From Octopus sinensis (lineage: Eukaryota), in the NCBI RefSeq assembly GCF_006345805.1, contig NC_043005.1, positions 22,010,001 through 22,074,000 on the forward strand: 64,000 nt of DNA, read 5' to 3'. Under the pieces are notes generated by a model. That model ran no database searches, was not told the origin of the DNA, and worked only from the letters and a program-made list of their open reading frames with translations. How positions within the stretch are numbered: the stretch's first letter is position 1; the number at the start of each line of letters is the position of its first letter. Shown here piece by piece: positions 27,063 through 40,859 of the stretch. The position numbers and the translations under genes were made by a program.

Positions 27063-28077
27063 ATATACATGTATATGTGCATATATTTGTATAAATATAT
27101 GTGGTTTGGTCATGTGATACATATGGATGAGGACAGCTGCATAAAGAAGAGCTGAGGTTTAATTGTGGGGAGAATCTGTGGGCAGGATAGACCCAGGAAG
27201 ATATGGGACAAAGTGGTGAGAAAGTAATCTTCGGATACTGGACCTCACTCAGGAAACGACAAGAGACGGGGAGTTGTGGCTATTTTCTGTAATAGAGAGA
27301 ATGCGCCAAGCTTAGTAAAATCACTGTCATCCATACACACAGGCTAATCCTTTACAGGTGCTGGTGCCACATAAAATGCACTCATGCTGATGCTGCATAA
27401 ATGCACCCATACCATGCCACAACAGACAGCTGGAGTCTGTACAGCTGCCCAGCTCCTGTTAAACCATCCAGCCCATGCCAGCATGGAAAACAGATGTTAA
27501 ATGATGATGATGATGACATATATATATACACACACACACACACATGTATACACACACACACATATGCACATATACACACATATATGTATATCACAGGCAG
27601 GGCTGTGAAAGTAAGATGTTTGCTTTCCAATGATGTGGCTTTGCCAATTCCACTTGCTTTAGGCAAGTGTCATATACTGTAGACCCAGGTCAAACGAAGC
27701 CTTGTGAATTGATTTGGTCCAGAAAGAGAATAAAGCCCATCATATATAAAATGATAAATGTGTGTGCGGGAGAGAGAGAGAGAGTGTGTGTGTGTGTGTT
27801 CATTCTTGTGTCTGCATCTTTGTTCACACTTTCTGAAAATTGTTCAGCTACAGATTGTAACATGCTGTAATTTCCACTGGCAACTTATCTGCTGGCTTTA
27901 TACCTTTAAAGTTGTAAGGAATATGAAATCTCTTAATTTGTAAACAGGTAGGTTAACAACAGAATGGGCATTCAGCTGTAAAATATATCTCAACATTATA
28001 TCTAGTTAACCTTTACAAGTATGGAAAAATGGACATACAATGGATAAAATGTGTATGTATGTGTGTGTGTATGTATA

Positions 28078-28186
<109 letters not shown>

Positions 28187-28546
28187 TGGGGGGACAAATT
28201 TCATAAGTTTGTTTCATTTGATATCTTTTGTTCTAAGGTGGTGAGATGTGGCAGAAACATTAGCATGCCGGGCAAAATACTTGGCGGTATTTTGTCTGTC
28301 TTTACGTTCTGAGTTCAAATTCCGTTAAGATTGACTTTGTCTTTCATCCTTTCAGGGTTGATAAATTAAGTACCAGTTGCAGACTAGGGTTGATCTAATC
28401 AACTGGCCCCCTCCCCAAAAATTTCAAGCCTTATGCCTAGAGTATAAAAGAAAAAGATATCTTTTGTTCTTAATTTGTCATTATCTTATCGTTTTCACTC
28501 TCCTCCTAATATACATGCACTATTAACTGTCAATTTCTTTTAACAG

Positions 28547-28723
28547 CCTCACCTACTGCAGAAGTTAACTGTGGACCTCCAAAAGACATTGCTGATGCAT
28601 CGAAGTCCTACAAAGCCACCACCTATAAATCAGAGGTGACCTATACTTGTCCATTAGGAGAAAAGCTAGTATCAGTTTGTGAAAACAGCAGTAAATGGAG
28701 TTCAGTAGAGACTCCTTGTGAAG
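28547..28723 (+). CDS. Exon S5: Sushi/CCP domain (shifted acceptor)
   Basis: The homologous acceptor position reads cac. An in-frame aacag ends at 28546 (alternative ctgcag ends at 28561). Donor GAAG|gtaaca. EVNCGPPKDIADASKSYKATTYKSEVTYTCPLGEKLVSVCENSSKWSSVETPCE. Confidence 0.8.
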
Positions 28724-29710
28724 GTAACATATACAGGTTCTCTTTTGTTAGGTTTTGTTAGGTAATTTTGTTTTACTTTTTGTTTTATGGCTTGATCCAG
28801 TCCTCAGACCTTTCAACCACATCAATCATTCAGACAGACTCTTTTACTGTAACCATCAAACAGAGAAAACAGCCTTCCCTGTCCTGTTAAAGAAGGGAAA
28901 CAAAGCAATTATCACAGTGAATTCAGTAGATACACAGATCCATGCTGTACATGAGAGTTTCTCTTCAGCATAACTCCACAAGTCATCAATGTTTGGACAC
29001 CAGAAGTGCATACTATGTATTTTTGTTATTTTGAGCAGAATTTGGACAGGCCCATCATCATCATCATCATCACTTAGTGTCCATTGTCCATGCTGGCATG
29101 TGTTGGATAGTTTAACCAGGTTTGCATGCTGGAAGGCTACACCAGACTCCAGTTTGGCATGGTTTTTTATGGCTAGATGCCTTTCCTAATGCCAACCACT
29201 CTGAGAGTGTAATAATGGGTGCTTTTAGGTTGCCACCAGCACAGGTGCCATTTGCATGACACTAGGATGCTTTTACATGCCACTGGCATGAGTGGCAATT
29301 TGAGTGAGACTGGTATCTGTCACGACTGCAATTTTGCTCGGCTTCACATAAGGCCAAAGATCTTGATCATTGCCTCCCTGAGGCCCAACACTCAAAAAGA
29401 ACTCGGCCACTTTGCCTCTGTGAAGTCCAACACTCGAAAGGAACTCATCTAATAACATTTTCATGACTGTAAAGTTTACTTGAACTGATAGAGCCCATCA
29501 GTCAAAACTAATAAAATAATGAGTAGCCCTATTTTGTTATATCCATTACATTCTGGTTTCAAATCTTAACAGGATGTACTTCACCTTCCATACATCTGAA
29601 GTTGATAAAAGAATCATTAGTCAAGATTGAGATTATTTTATACATATACATTCTTACTGCAGAATGTATGGCTTTGTATTTAAGTTAGAAACTATTATTA
29701 TAAATACTGG

Positions 29711-30000
29711 TAAATTAGAAAATTACTATTTTTAAATCTCACAACAAGAGATATTCAGCAACAGTACTTTGGAGTAAAGATTTTTGCCAACATAACATGG
29801 CAGTCCTGGTTTAAGATGAATGTTGCTGTAATTTAGCCCCAGGAGATATCTCCAGATGGTTATACGACATAATCTGTGTTCTTATTTCCCTTGTGTCATA
29901 TAGCCAGCTGGAGACAATGTCTCCTGGGGCTAAATTACAGCAACATTCGTCCTAAACCAAGACTGCCATGTTATGTTGGCAAAAATCTTTACTCCAAATA
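29711..30000 (+). mobile_element. Fold-back MITE-like element, copy 1 (~105-bp inverted arms, 29768-29998)
   Basis: tttggagtaaagatttttgccaacataacatggcagtcc... is answered by ...gactgccatgttatgttggcaaaaatctttactccaaa. Related copies at 40470 and 63204. Confidence 0.8.
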
Positions 30001-30302
30001 TTAGTAACATCAACAATACTAATTATTGTTGTTGTTATTAAGAGTTCTCAGAATCATTACAGCATCAGACAAAATGTCTCATAGTATCTGTTATGGCTCT
30101 TTACATCTGAGTTCAAATCCAGCGGAGATAAACTCTGATTCCATTTTTCCAGGACTAATAAAATGTAGCACCAGTTAAATACAGAGGCCAACTTAATAAG
30201 CCAATTCCAACCTCAAATTTCTGGCTTTCTATCTATTTTATAAACTATCTTTGTTGTTATTGTTGTTATTTCTCATTGGTCCAAATTTTGCTTTAACTCT
30301 AG

Positions 30303-30541
30303 ATATTCAGAATCATTTTGCGACAGTAAAAGAGGCAATTCTGGATGTAAAAGGAAAATATTGTGGAATAAGAAAAATGTAACAAAGGAAGCTTGCTTAA
30401 AAAAATGTTGGTCTGACAAAAATTGTTTATCATTTGAAATAAATAAAGAAAATGGGGATTGTTACTTATCAAAGCAAACTGCAGCTACCTCCACGAAATT
30501 AAAGACAGCCGATGACAGAGATTACTACCAACGAGTACAAC
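30303..30541 (+). CDS. Exon A4: PAN domain, type A, with a 1-nt deletion in an A-run (real frameshift or assembly error)
   Basis: ctctag|AT, CAAC|gtaatt, 239 nt versus 240 in A2/A3. IQNHFATVKEAILDVKGK then frame change to LWNKKNVTKEACLKKCWSDKNCLSFEINKENGDCYLSKQTAATSTKLKTADDRDYYQRVQ. Confidence 0.75.
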
Positions 30542-31339
30542 GTAATTATTCTTTGTATTTTCTTTTTGGACTTAATTTTCCTCTTTTTCTGAAATTTAAG
30601 ATTCCATTTGTACTTCATAAGATATAGAAACCATTTCTTCAAAGACATTGACGGGTTTCCTATAAGGACAGAAGTAGATACATTCCTGATGAAAAAGCAA
30701 TACAAGGAACTGTAATTAATATTAAGGCATTCTCATATGGCATTTGTTTACCTTGATGCTCAACAGATTAGACATAGTTATACACACATCAGCCTTTCAC
30801 TTACTCAACTATCCCATCTAGTCACAGATTTTGACATCTGCTACTTGACATTTATTCTCAAGATAAAACACATCCACTCAACATTAACCATTTTCATCCT
30901 CTATAGGCAGGTCTTTTCTAGTCAACTCAATACTGACACTTTATTTAAAGAGACATAACCTATCTTCAAAGAATGGAATTATCCTCCTTTCCCTTAGAAT
31001 GTCTTCACATTTATTTCTCACACTTTCTCACTGTTACATTAGCCTGGACAACTACTGGATCATACATGTTACATCTTACATATGTATGTTTAAATATTGC
31101 ACTTTTCAATCATGGAACTTGAAATAACTGCTGTACTTATTAAATGCTATTTCACATTTTCACAAAAAATACTCAATTGAGCAAAAGTGAAATGGCATTT
31201 AATGAATATAGGAGTTGTGCATGATAAACATTTCCCAACTAAACACAGATACTACAGTTTATTCAACAGACATGATACAACATCAGCTACAGTTGCTCAA
31301 AAAACATAAAACACACCATGTAATCACTAAATAATAACA

Positions 31340-31780
31340 CACCTAGATACAACACTGAACAAAGATGCAACTGCACAAAAAGTAGGACATACTCATTGCA
31401 CAGAAATTGCTTACAAATTAACATAGTCTATGAAGCAAAAGTTTCATAGAAAGGGCAAAGAAAAAGAGACTATATCAATGCTCCTAGCAAAACCATTAAA
31501 GACATATACCTACAACATACACAGACAAATTGAACCACATACAAAAGGATTGAAACATCCCTGTCCAAACAGTTCTGGGAATTTAAAAGAAAACAACATC
31601 ACCACAAACATAAAATGAGAAGTTATAGACCATGCACCATCATATCTGAATGGCTCTAGTATCTGCTCTTTTTTCACTGTAGAAAAATACCACACAATCA
31701 TGCAAGACACACACAATCCTAAACAAAAAAATTATATCATCTCACAATGCAGTCACCAAAGAAAATTCATTTTCAAAAAA
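31340..31780 (+). mobile_element. Penelope-type GIY-YIG endonuclease C-terminal remnant
   Basis: Across frameshifts: LSKQFW.LKENNITTNIKW.VIDHAPSYLNGSSIC..EK...CSHQRKFIF, the Penelope/Neptune-type W-x-LK...IKW...C-x-LC-x-x-EK...C-x-H pattern. Confidence 0.55.
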
Positions 31781-31819
31781 CAGTCCAAACACTAAATATC
31801 TATACCTACGCCCACAGGC

Positions 31820-32661
<842 letters not shown>

Positions 32662-33659
32662 TGAAGTTGCCTAATAATCTGCAAGATTAAAAAAAAACAA
32701 TGAAGGGAAAATCCCATAACTAAGTGAGTGGGTAGATGGATGTGTGGAGGTATTATGAAGTGAAAAGTGGCTTTATTCCAGGTGTTGAGAAGCAAAAGTG
32801 GAGGGAACTTTTCTCTTTCTTTTTTTCAATCTTGCAACTTAAACATATATAAGAAATTTGAATGACAATATATATATATATAATATTATATGTTCCCCAT
32901 CATTCTCAAAAGTTGGCTTTATGCCAGGATTTGAGGTGTGTGTGTGTACACATATATCATCATCATCATCTTTATCATCGTTACTATTTAATGTCTGACT
33001 TTCCTGCTGATATATGTTAAATGGGTCAACCAGCAGTGACAAGTCAGAGAACAACATGTTCCAATGTCTTTAACATGGCTTCTTTGGGTTGGATACCATT
33101 AGGAAGTGCTAAGCACTTCACAGTGTGTACATTTCTTTTTTGTTTGTTTAGTCAGGTCACCATACACCTTGCATGTCAGCAAATCCCAAGAGAGGTGACT
33201 TTATGCTAGGTGGTGAGCTGAAGTCTGAGAGAAACGACCAAAGAAGAACAGATTTCTTACTATGGAAGAGCTACTCACATTTTAGAAGAGTAGATGGGAG
33301 TGATCAGGTGGAAGTGAAAAGAGATTTTAAAAACTAGTGATGAGGTGCCTGGTTGAATTTTCAAGGTACAACATTAGTAGGAGTGAGGACAGGAGAACCA
33401 GGAGTGTGGGTAGATGGAGCTTGCAATAATGTGTGGGGTCAGGAGAGATGGGGAATGGGTGAGGGGAAGGGGTAGGTGACAACTATAAAGATTGGGTAAG
33501 ATTGAAGGATGGGTGTGAAAGGTAAACTGTAATGAATTGCCAATAAATTTATTTTATCAAATTCACTTTGAAACTGCACACAAATAAAAAGCATTCCTCA
33601 ACATTCAATTGTTCATGACCACTCCATTGTTTGTTTACATTCGGCAAGTAAAATGTTTC

Positions 33660-36600
33660 AATATGGCAGCTAACAGGCAAAGTGAGATTGTAGCTCTGAA
33701 AAAAGTAAGACATAGCACCAAAGATATGGTTTAAAGGGCTGGCATTCATCCAAAAACAGTCTATAAGTCATGAAACACTACAGTGAGACAAGTTCAATCA
33801 ATAGTAAACCCATTCTAGGTGAAAAACAAGCTGTAAGGGTGAAACAATTGGTGGATGTCATCTGAAAGTGGGTGTCACAAAATCCATAGTGGGGCATGAG
33901 TCAAATGTCTAAAAGTCTCAATATTGAGACATGTGACAAGTCATGCATGAAGACTTAAATTGTAAGTCATTAGAATTACAATGTTGACACCTAATTTTGG
34001 CTCCTTCCAAAGCAAAGCAAATGGACAGGTGCAAGATATTGGGAGAAGAGATTCAGAGCATTGCTGACATCTTCATCTGGTCAGACAAAAAGATATTCAC
34101 CATGGAGGCTGTAGCAAACATCCAGATATGCAGGATTTTGACCACAAGGTCATATGCTGTTCCCAATGGCACCTGTAAGGTATTTTACTAAATGAAACTT
34201 GCCAGAGTGATGGTTTGGGCAGCAGAGGTGATGAAGATCAATTCAGCAATTTACATAAAAATGTTGGAGGCTAATGTTTTCTCATGTGTGACCGAAGCAT
34301 TTGGAAATAATTACAGGTTCACATAAGATGGCACTCCTTCTTATACATCCAAAGTGACACAGCAGTGGTGCAGGAGCCATTTCAGTGGATTCTTTGATGA
34401 GTATGGGTACCCCCACCTCCAGACCAGATATCAACCCTATCATCATCATCATCCAGTGTTTTAAATCCAGGTTTTATCCCTGTTAATGGGAATGGCCAGA
34501 TCTACTTCAATGCCATAGCAACTGCCCTCACACCATCTCACCAGTTGCTCAGTTTTGGGCATCCTCCCTTCTCAAGCCAACCCTCCAAATCTCCTCCTCC
34601 ACCTGTCCTCTCCATGTTTTCCTCAGTCTACCTCACCTTCACTGTCTATTTACTTCAAACTCAAGCACCCTCCTCAGAACATACTCCTCCTCCCTCCTCA
34701 ACACATACCTGTACCAATGCACTTCATTTGCCCTTGCCAGCTGTTCCACCATTCCTCCAACACCAGCATCCCCATCAAGTCCTCAGTCCTCCTCTTATCA
34801 ACAAGCTTCACTCCACACATTGCTCTCACCATTGGTCCATCTCAAAATTGCCATCTCTCTCTCCCTCAAACACCATGTCTCACTCCAATACAACATTGCA
34901 GCTCTCACACAACTATTATAGACCCTTCCTTTCATCTTCAATGAGACCCTTTTCCCATATAACAATGCTCCACACTCCCTGAACTTCACCCAGCCAAGTT
35001 TCACTCTTGCTGTCACAGCTGCTTCACATCTACCACTTATATCCACCTATTTCTCAAATAACAAAACCCTCTCACCATTTCCACCTCTTCATATAATGTT
35101 TCCACTGATTCTGCCAGCCCTCCAACTCCTTTCTCACATCTTCCACAAACAAACTCTCTAGCTAGTCTTGAGGTCACCTTTCTCATTTTCATACATCTAC
35201 CATGAATCCATTTCTCACATCTCATCACAACACTGCATTTGCCATTACCCTCCTCCCACATACACAACATAGATCCACCTGACTCACTAACACTTCTTCC
35301 ACCTAGTTCACCATCACCTTTGTCTTCCCAAGGTTTATCTTCAAACCCTCGCTTTCAAATGCCTCCTTCCATTTCCAAAACTTCTCTCTCAATCCCCCAT
35401 CATATCACTCATCAGAACAAGGTCATCTGCATACAGTATCTCTATTATCAATCCCTCTCTTGCACTCTCTGTCACCGCATTAACAACAGTGACAGCACAG
35501 ATCCTTGGTGCACACCAATTTTTGCAGCAAACTTCTCCGACAGCTCTGATCCAATTCTAGCTCGTCTTTACCCCCTCATACAAACTCATCACTGCCCTCA
35601 CTATTACACCTCTCTTCCTCAATACCCACTCAATCATTTTCCTTGGAACCCTATCAAATACCTTCTCCAGATCAATGAAGCACATGTACAACTCCTCCTT
35701 ATCTCGGAATTTCTCTTGCAGTCTCCTTCCAATGAACACTGCATCTATTGTCCCCCTTCTTGGCATAAAACGAAATTGCATCTTGTCCACATCCACCCCT
35801 TTCCAAATTCCCCTCTCTAACACCCTTTCTATTATCTTCATTGCACACTCCAATAACTTAACTCCCCTGTACGCATCACAACTCATCGCATCCCCCTTCC
35901 CCTTGAAGATCAGTACCACCACACTTAGTGACCAATCATCTGGCATTCTTCTTCCATCCAGCACACCCTGGCAGAGTTCCATCATCACAACAATCCAAAT
36001 CTCTCCATTTGCAGTTATCATTTCCACTTACTTCTGATGGACCAGCTTCCTTTTCTGTTTTCATTTCCGTCATTGCCTCCACTACTTCTTCCTGACAAAC
36101 CTTCTCCACTGGCCCCTTCACCACAGCAACTTCCACCCTCTGATTCCATTCATTCTCCTCATTCATAATTCCCTCTATGTGTTCCTTCTAAACTCTTCCA
36201 CTGTCCTTCTCACTAAAATTCAACCTTCCATCACTCCCCCTCATGCATCTTCCTCCTTCAACATCTCTTACATCCTTTTTCATTGATTCAATAAACCTAA
36301 ACTCTTTATCTGAGTTCTCATCCAGCCCACTTAATCTCTCCTCAACCTCCTTCATCATAGATCTCGCAACTACCCTTTTTGCACAATTCTTCATGGCTTT
36401 CATTTTCTCAGTCTTATTGTTATATAAAGCTTTGTGCACCTCCTTCTTCCTCACTATCACATCCCTCACCTCCTCATTTCCCCACCATGTACCTCCTCGA
36501 TCTCTCCTACCTTTCATCCTTCCACACACTTTGTTACATGCCTTTAATACCCCTTCTTCCACAAATCCGGTGCATCAATGCTTACCAACTCCCCAACTCT

Positions 36601-38087
36601 CACCTCAAACCTTGCTCTTGTTTCTTCTTCCTTCAGTTTCTACACCTTTCTCCTCTCAAACATTCCCTTTCTCATGCACTTTTTAACTTCCCACTTATCC
36701 AAGTCAGCAACCTCCAACCTATGCTGCAACTCCCCTGGTATTGTCTTCATATCTCTAAGATACTTTGTTTTCTTGCCAACCAACACAAAATCAATTTGTC
36801 CCATTCCCTCCTGAACTAAAAGTCAACTTTCTTTTCTCTGTTTTCCTAAGCCACATCTTCACCACACACAGCTCTCTCTCCTTACAAAACTCCAACAACA
36901 TCCTTCCTTCCACATTTCTCTCCCCAATTCCATTCCCCCATGTACACCCTCAAAGCCCTGGATCAATTTCCCAACATGTCTATTAAAATCACCCATGCCC
37001 AAAACCAATTTATCTACCTTATGTAAGTTCCACTCATTCACCATTTCATCAAAGAACTGCTCTTTCTCAGCGATCCCTCTTCCAGTTTGCGGACCGTAAC
37101 CACAAATCATCCCCACCACTTCTTTCTCAAATGCTGACACTACTGTCATCACTCTGTCACACTTTCTCATGGCCTCCACTATCTTCTCACAGATTTCTTC
37201 CTTCACCAAAACTCCCACACCTCCAATCCCCTTGCTATTTCCTAACCACCACAATCTGTACTTTCTTCCTTTGACCCCCCCTGCCACAAATCTTGCACCC
37301 TGGCCCCTCCACCTAGCCTTCTGCACACAGCACACACCCACCCTCTGTTTCCTCAGTTCCTCACACACCTCAGTTCCCCTTTCATGCAGACTGCCCACAT
37401 TCCAACTTCCCAACCTCACCCCAAGCTTCTCCTCAGGCTGTTGGCCATCATAAGGCAAGTCATGCTTGCACAACCCAGTAGGGGGTTTGCACCTTCCTTT
37501 TTGAGGTAGGCAGGTGCAGCCCACTCCAACCTTTGGGCTGGCTGGCTGGCTGGCTGGTGCCCATTCTCTTTTGTTATCATGAGGCTTTCTTGGAGCTGGA
37601 TTTTCTATGGGGAGCATGACCTTGTTGACCCCAACCTCAGTTTCTAGACATGAATGGACCTGGGACCAAGGCCTCTACCATGATTTTTTAAGAAATGTGG
37701 TGGAAAACTACCTCATGAAGGCAGGGATGCTACTCCCTGGGACCCTTTCAGAGCCCCCATACCTATGGACTTTGCTATTTGTTCCATTCTAGAAAGTGAT
37801 GTTTCAAGAGTTTCCTACAAAAATATTACTGTTCTGAAGAAAGCCTTAGGTCATAACATGGGATCATTTAAGTGAAGAAGTCATACAGCTTTCATGTGAC
37901 TCTGTTCTCAGCCATCTTCAAGCAGTTGCGAATACTAAAGGTGGGCATATTAAATGAAATGTATTTTAATGTTACATGACCAAATTAATTAAATCCTAAA
38001 GAACTTACGTGTTTTTATGCCCTTTACTAAAAATTACGACTAAAAATCAATCGGAAATTTTTTGCGATGAATCCTGTAATGAATGGT
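33660..38087 (+). mobile_element. Tc1/mariner-superfamily (maT/Tc1-like) element split by a LINE insertion
   Basis: Left half: MAANRQSEIVALKK, FIWSDKKIFT, VMVWAA, DGTPS, ...PDINP (to 34440). Right half resumes PMDFAICSILES...AVANTKGGHIK* (from 37762) and ends ...gaatcctgta. Confidence 0.75.
34441..37760 (-). mobile_element. Near full-length, decayed RTE-type LINE (APE endonuclease + RT)
   Basis: ORF 36859-37617: GSWNVGSL, CCVQ, GYGPQ, GDFN (APE). ORF 35557-36027: IFKGKGD, YRGVKLL, FIDLEKVFDRVP (RT). (CAT)n tail at 34441. Candidate 5-bp TSD cctat at 34436-34440 and 37762-37766. Confidence 0.9.
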
Positions 38088-38547
38088 GGATAAGGGGTGG
38101 AGAATGATCAATGATGCATGAGTTGAGGAAGCAGGAAAAATAGAAGATACTGGCTGTGCAGAAAAAGCAGTTGGGGGAGAGCACACCATTTTCGTTTGTT
38201 TTTCTAGCTGTCAAGACTTACACAGAATGTACTATTCTAAGAATATGAACTGCTTCAAAGATGGTAGATTTTGGGGTTATTCATATGTTCATCTTGATGG
38301 TCAACCAATGTCAGAATTACATTTTACCTTTTTTAGTTTTCGGTTTGTGTCTAACACTCTAATAATGATCGATACAACTTTCACTTTTTCCTGTTGGGAG
38401 TCTCACCTTAATATTTCTACTTATAATTCAGCATATTTTGAGAACCTTTCTATTGCTTTGGATGTACTGCTTTTTTTTTGTTTTTTATTGAAAGGAAGGG
38501 GTTTCTTTTTTGTTGTTTTTTTTATTAGAAAGAATTTCAATGTCTAT

Positions 38548-38771
38548 TGAATGGACCTGGGACCAAGGTCTCTACCATGATTTTTTAAAATGTGGTGGAA
38601 AACTACCTCATGAAGGCAGGGATGCTACTCCCTGGGACCCTTTCAGAGCCCCCATACCTATGGACTTTGCTATTTGTTCCATTCTAGAAAGTGATGTTTC
38701 AAGAGTTTCCTACAAAAATATTACTGTTCTGAAGAAAGCCTTCTGTCATATCATGGGATCATTTAAGTGAA
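38548..38771 (+). repeat. Near-identical direct duplicate of 37651-37876 (LINE 5' end / transposon junction)
   Basis: tgaatggacctgggacc...gatcatttaagtgaa occurs twice, about 225 bp, with only a few differences. Confidence 0.95.
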
Positions 38772-39008
38772 AATCAAAGAATTAAATCAAAATCGAAATC
38801 GATCAATATCAATGGAATTTGTAGTTTGTGGTACCAGTGCCGGTGGCACATAAGTGAACCATCCGAAGGTGGATGGTTCACTTATGTGCCACCGGCACTG
38901 GTACCACAAACTACAAATTCCATTGATATTGATCGATTTCGATTTTGATTTAATTCTTTGATTTTCACTTAAATGATCCCATGATATGACAGAAGGCTTT
39001 CTTCAGAA
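38727..39008. repeat. Perfect 138-bp inverted repeat with a 6-nt spacer (gaaggt)
   Basis: 38727-38864 is the exact reverse complement of 38871-39008, checked base by base. Confidence 0.97.
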
Positions 39009-40047
39009 GCACCCACTACACTCACGGAGTGGTTGGCATTAGGAAGGGCATCCAGCTGTAGAAACACCACCAGATCTGACTGGCCTGGTGCAGCCTTCGG
39101 GCTTCCCAGACCCCAGTTGAACTGTCCAACCCATGGAAAGCGGACGTTAAACGATGATGATGATGAGGAATTTTTTTCTAATTTCATATAATGGTTTCTT
39201 GTCTTCAAGGTTCAATTATTCTCTTTATCTGGATGTCAGTGCTCCTGGTACATAATTATACAATTCAACAAAAGTGTTATATGCACATTTTTTTATAAAT
39301 TGAAACAAAGCTTCTTATGCCATTCTTTGTATTCTTTCTGAGCTACCATTTTACAACCTTCTACAATGTGAACAATACATAGGTAGCATATATTTATTGA
39401 AGTGGTGCAATAAATATCCCTATTATTGAATTAGTATTTCGTATTTTATCTTCAATAGCTACCTTACCATTATTGATGTTATTGTTGTTATTTTATAGAT
39501 TTTTTTTTAATGTTAGAATTATTTAGAAAACCTATGTACTTGAAATTTTGAATAATAAGATACCAGAAAGTTATCTGGATCAGTTTATTTAAATGGTCAA
39601 TTTGTTTATAAAAACACAATTCAGCCACAAAATTACATTTTGGCCAAAGGTATCATGAGACAAACTCAAAACTTCACTTCAGTATTTAGATTGCAGATAA
39701 TCCATTTGTACACTCTTGTTTGATGGGTCACTTTTGTTTAAAATTGAATGACCATAACAACCCTTGGCATGTTTGTTGAATAGTGTTTAGACCCTACAAA
39801 GTACACCATCAGAAGACAGGTGTACAAATGGATTATCTGCAACCTAAATGTTGAGACAATATTTCAAGTATGTATTGAACTATACTGCAACTCACATGAA
39901 TTCTGACAAATGTTATTTTGTGGATCAATTGTTTGTTTATAATAAATTGTTCATTTAAAACAAACTATGCATCAGATGCTTTCTAATATTTGACTTATAT
40001 GTGCATGTATAAAACGTGATTTTTGTTTGTTTGTTTTTTTTTTCTAG

Positions 40048-40281
40048 CTCATCAAGACTTTATTGTCTTTAAAAAAGCTCGCATACCAAAACGTGATCAA
40101 TTCCAACGGGTTGACGATGTAACCATAAAGCAGTGTAAAAAATCTTGCAAGAAACATGCAGAATGTACTTCCTTTCAGTACAAAATGAATTCTAAAGTCT
40201 GTAGTTTGAGTAATGTGACTCACTTGACTCTTCAGATTAAACCTGACAAAAAAGGTTCGGATATTTACATTAGTAGCGCAG
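40048..40281 (+). CDS. Exon B5: PAN domain, type B
   Basis: ttctag|CT, GCAG|gtcagt, 234 nt. HQDFIVFKKARIPKRDQFQRVDDVTIKQCKKSCKKHAECTSFQYKMNSKVCSLSNVTHLT.... Confidence 0.9.
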
Positions 40282-40469
40282 GTCAGTAGCATAGTTTTAT
40301 TTTATGTTTTGTGTGTGTGTGTGTATGCAATATATATATATATATATGTATATAAATTAGTTAATAAATCATATGGTATACACCTGGTAGTTCACAAGTA
40401 AAGCACACTACCTTTCTGTATTCCTTGGGTATTTGATTAATGAGAGACGGAACGTTTAAGATATAAGAA

Positions 40470-40690
40470 TGTAGTGAAAATTTACTATTTTTAAATCTCA
40501 CAACGTGAGATATTCAGCAACAGTACTTTGTAGTAAAGATTGTTTGCCAACATAACATGGCAGTCCTGGTTTAGGATTAATGTTGCTGTAATTTAGCCCC
40601 ATGAGACATCGTTCCAGCTGGCTATATGACACAATCTGTGTCCTTACATTTTCGAAACATGTTATGTTGGCAAACAATCTTTACTACAAT
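40470..40690 (+). mobile_element. Fold-back MITE-like element, copy 2 (internally deleted)
   Basis: Same ttttaaatctcacaac...gatattcagcaacagtact leader and left arm. The right arm is shortened. Confidence 0.75.
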
Positions 40691-40767
40691 AATATAGTGA
40701 TCAATAAAGATCCTTATATCTTACATCTTCCATCTCACTCATTAATCAAATATATATATATATATGC

Positions 40768-40859
<92 letters not shown>

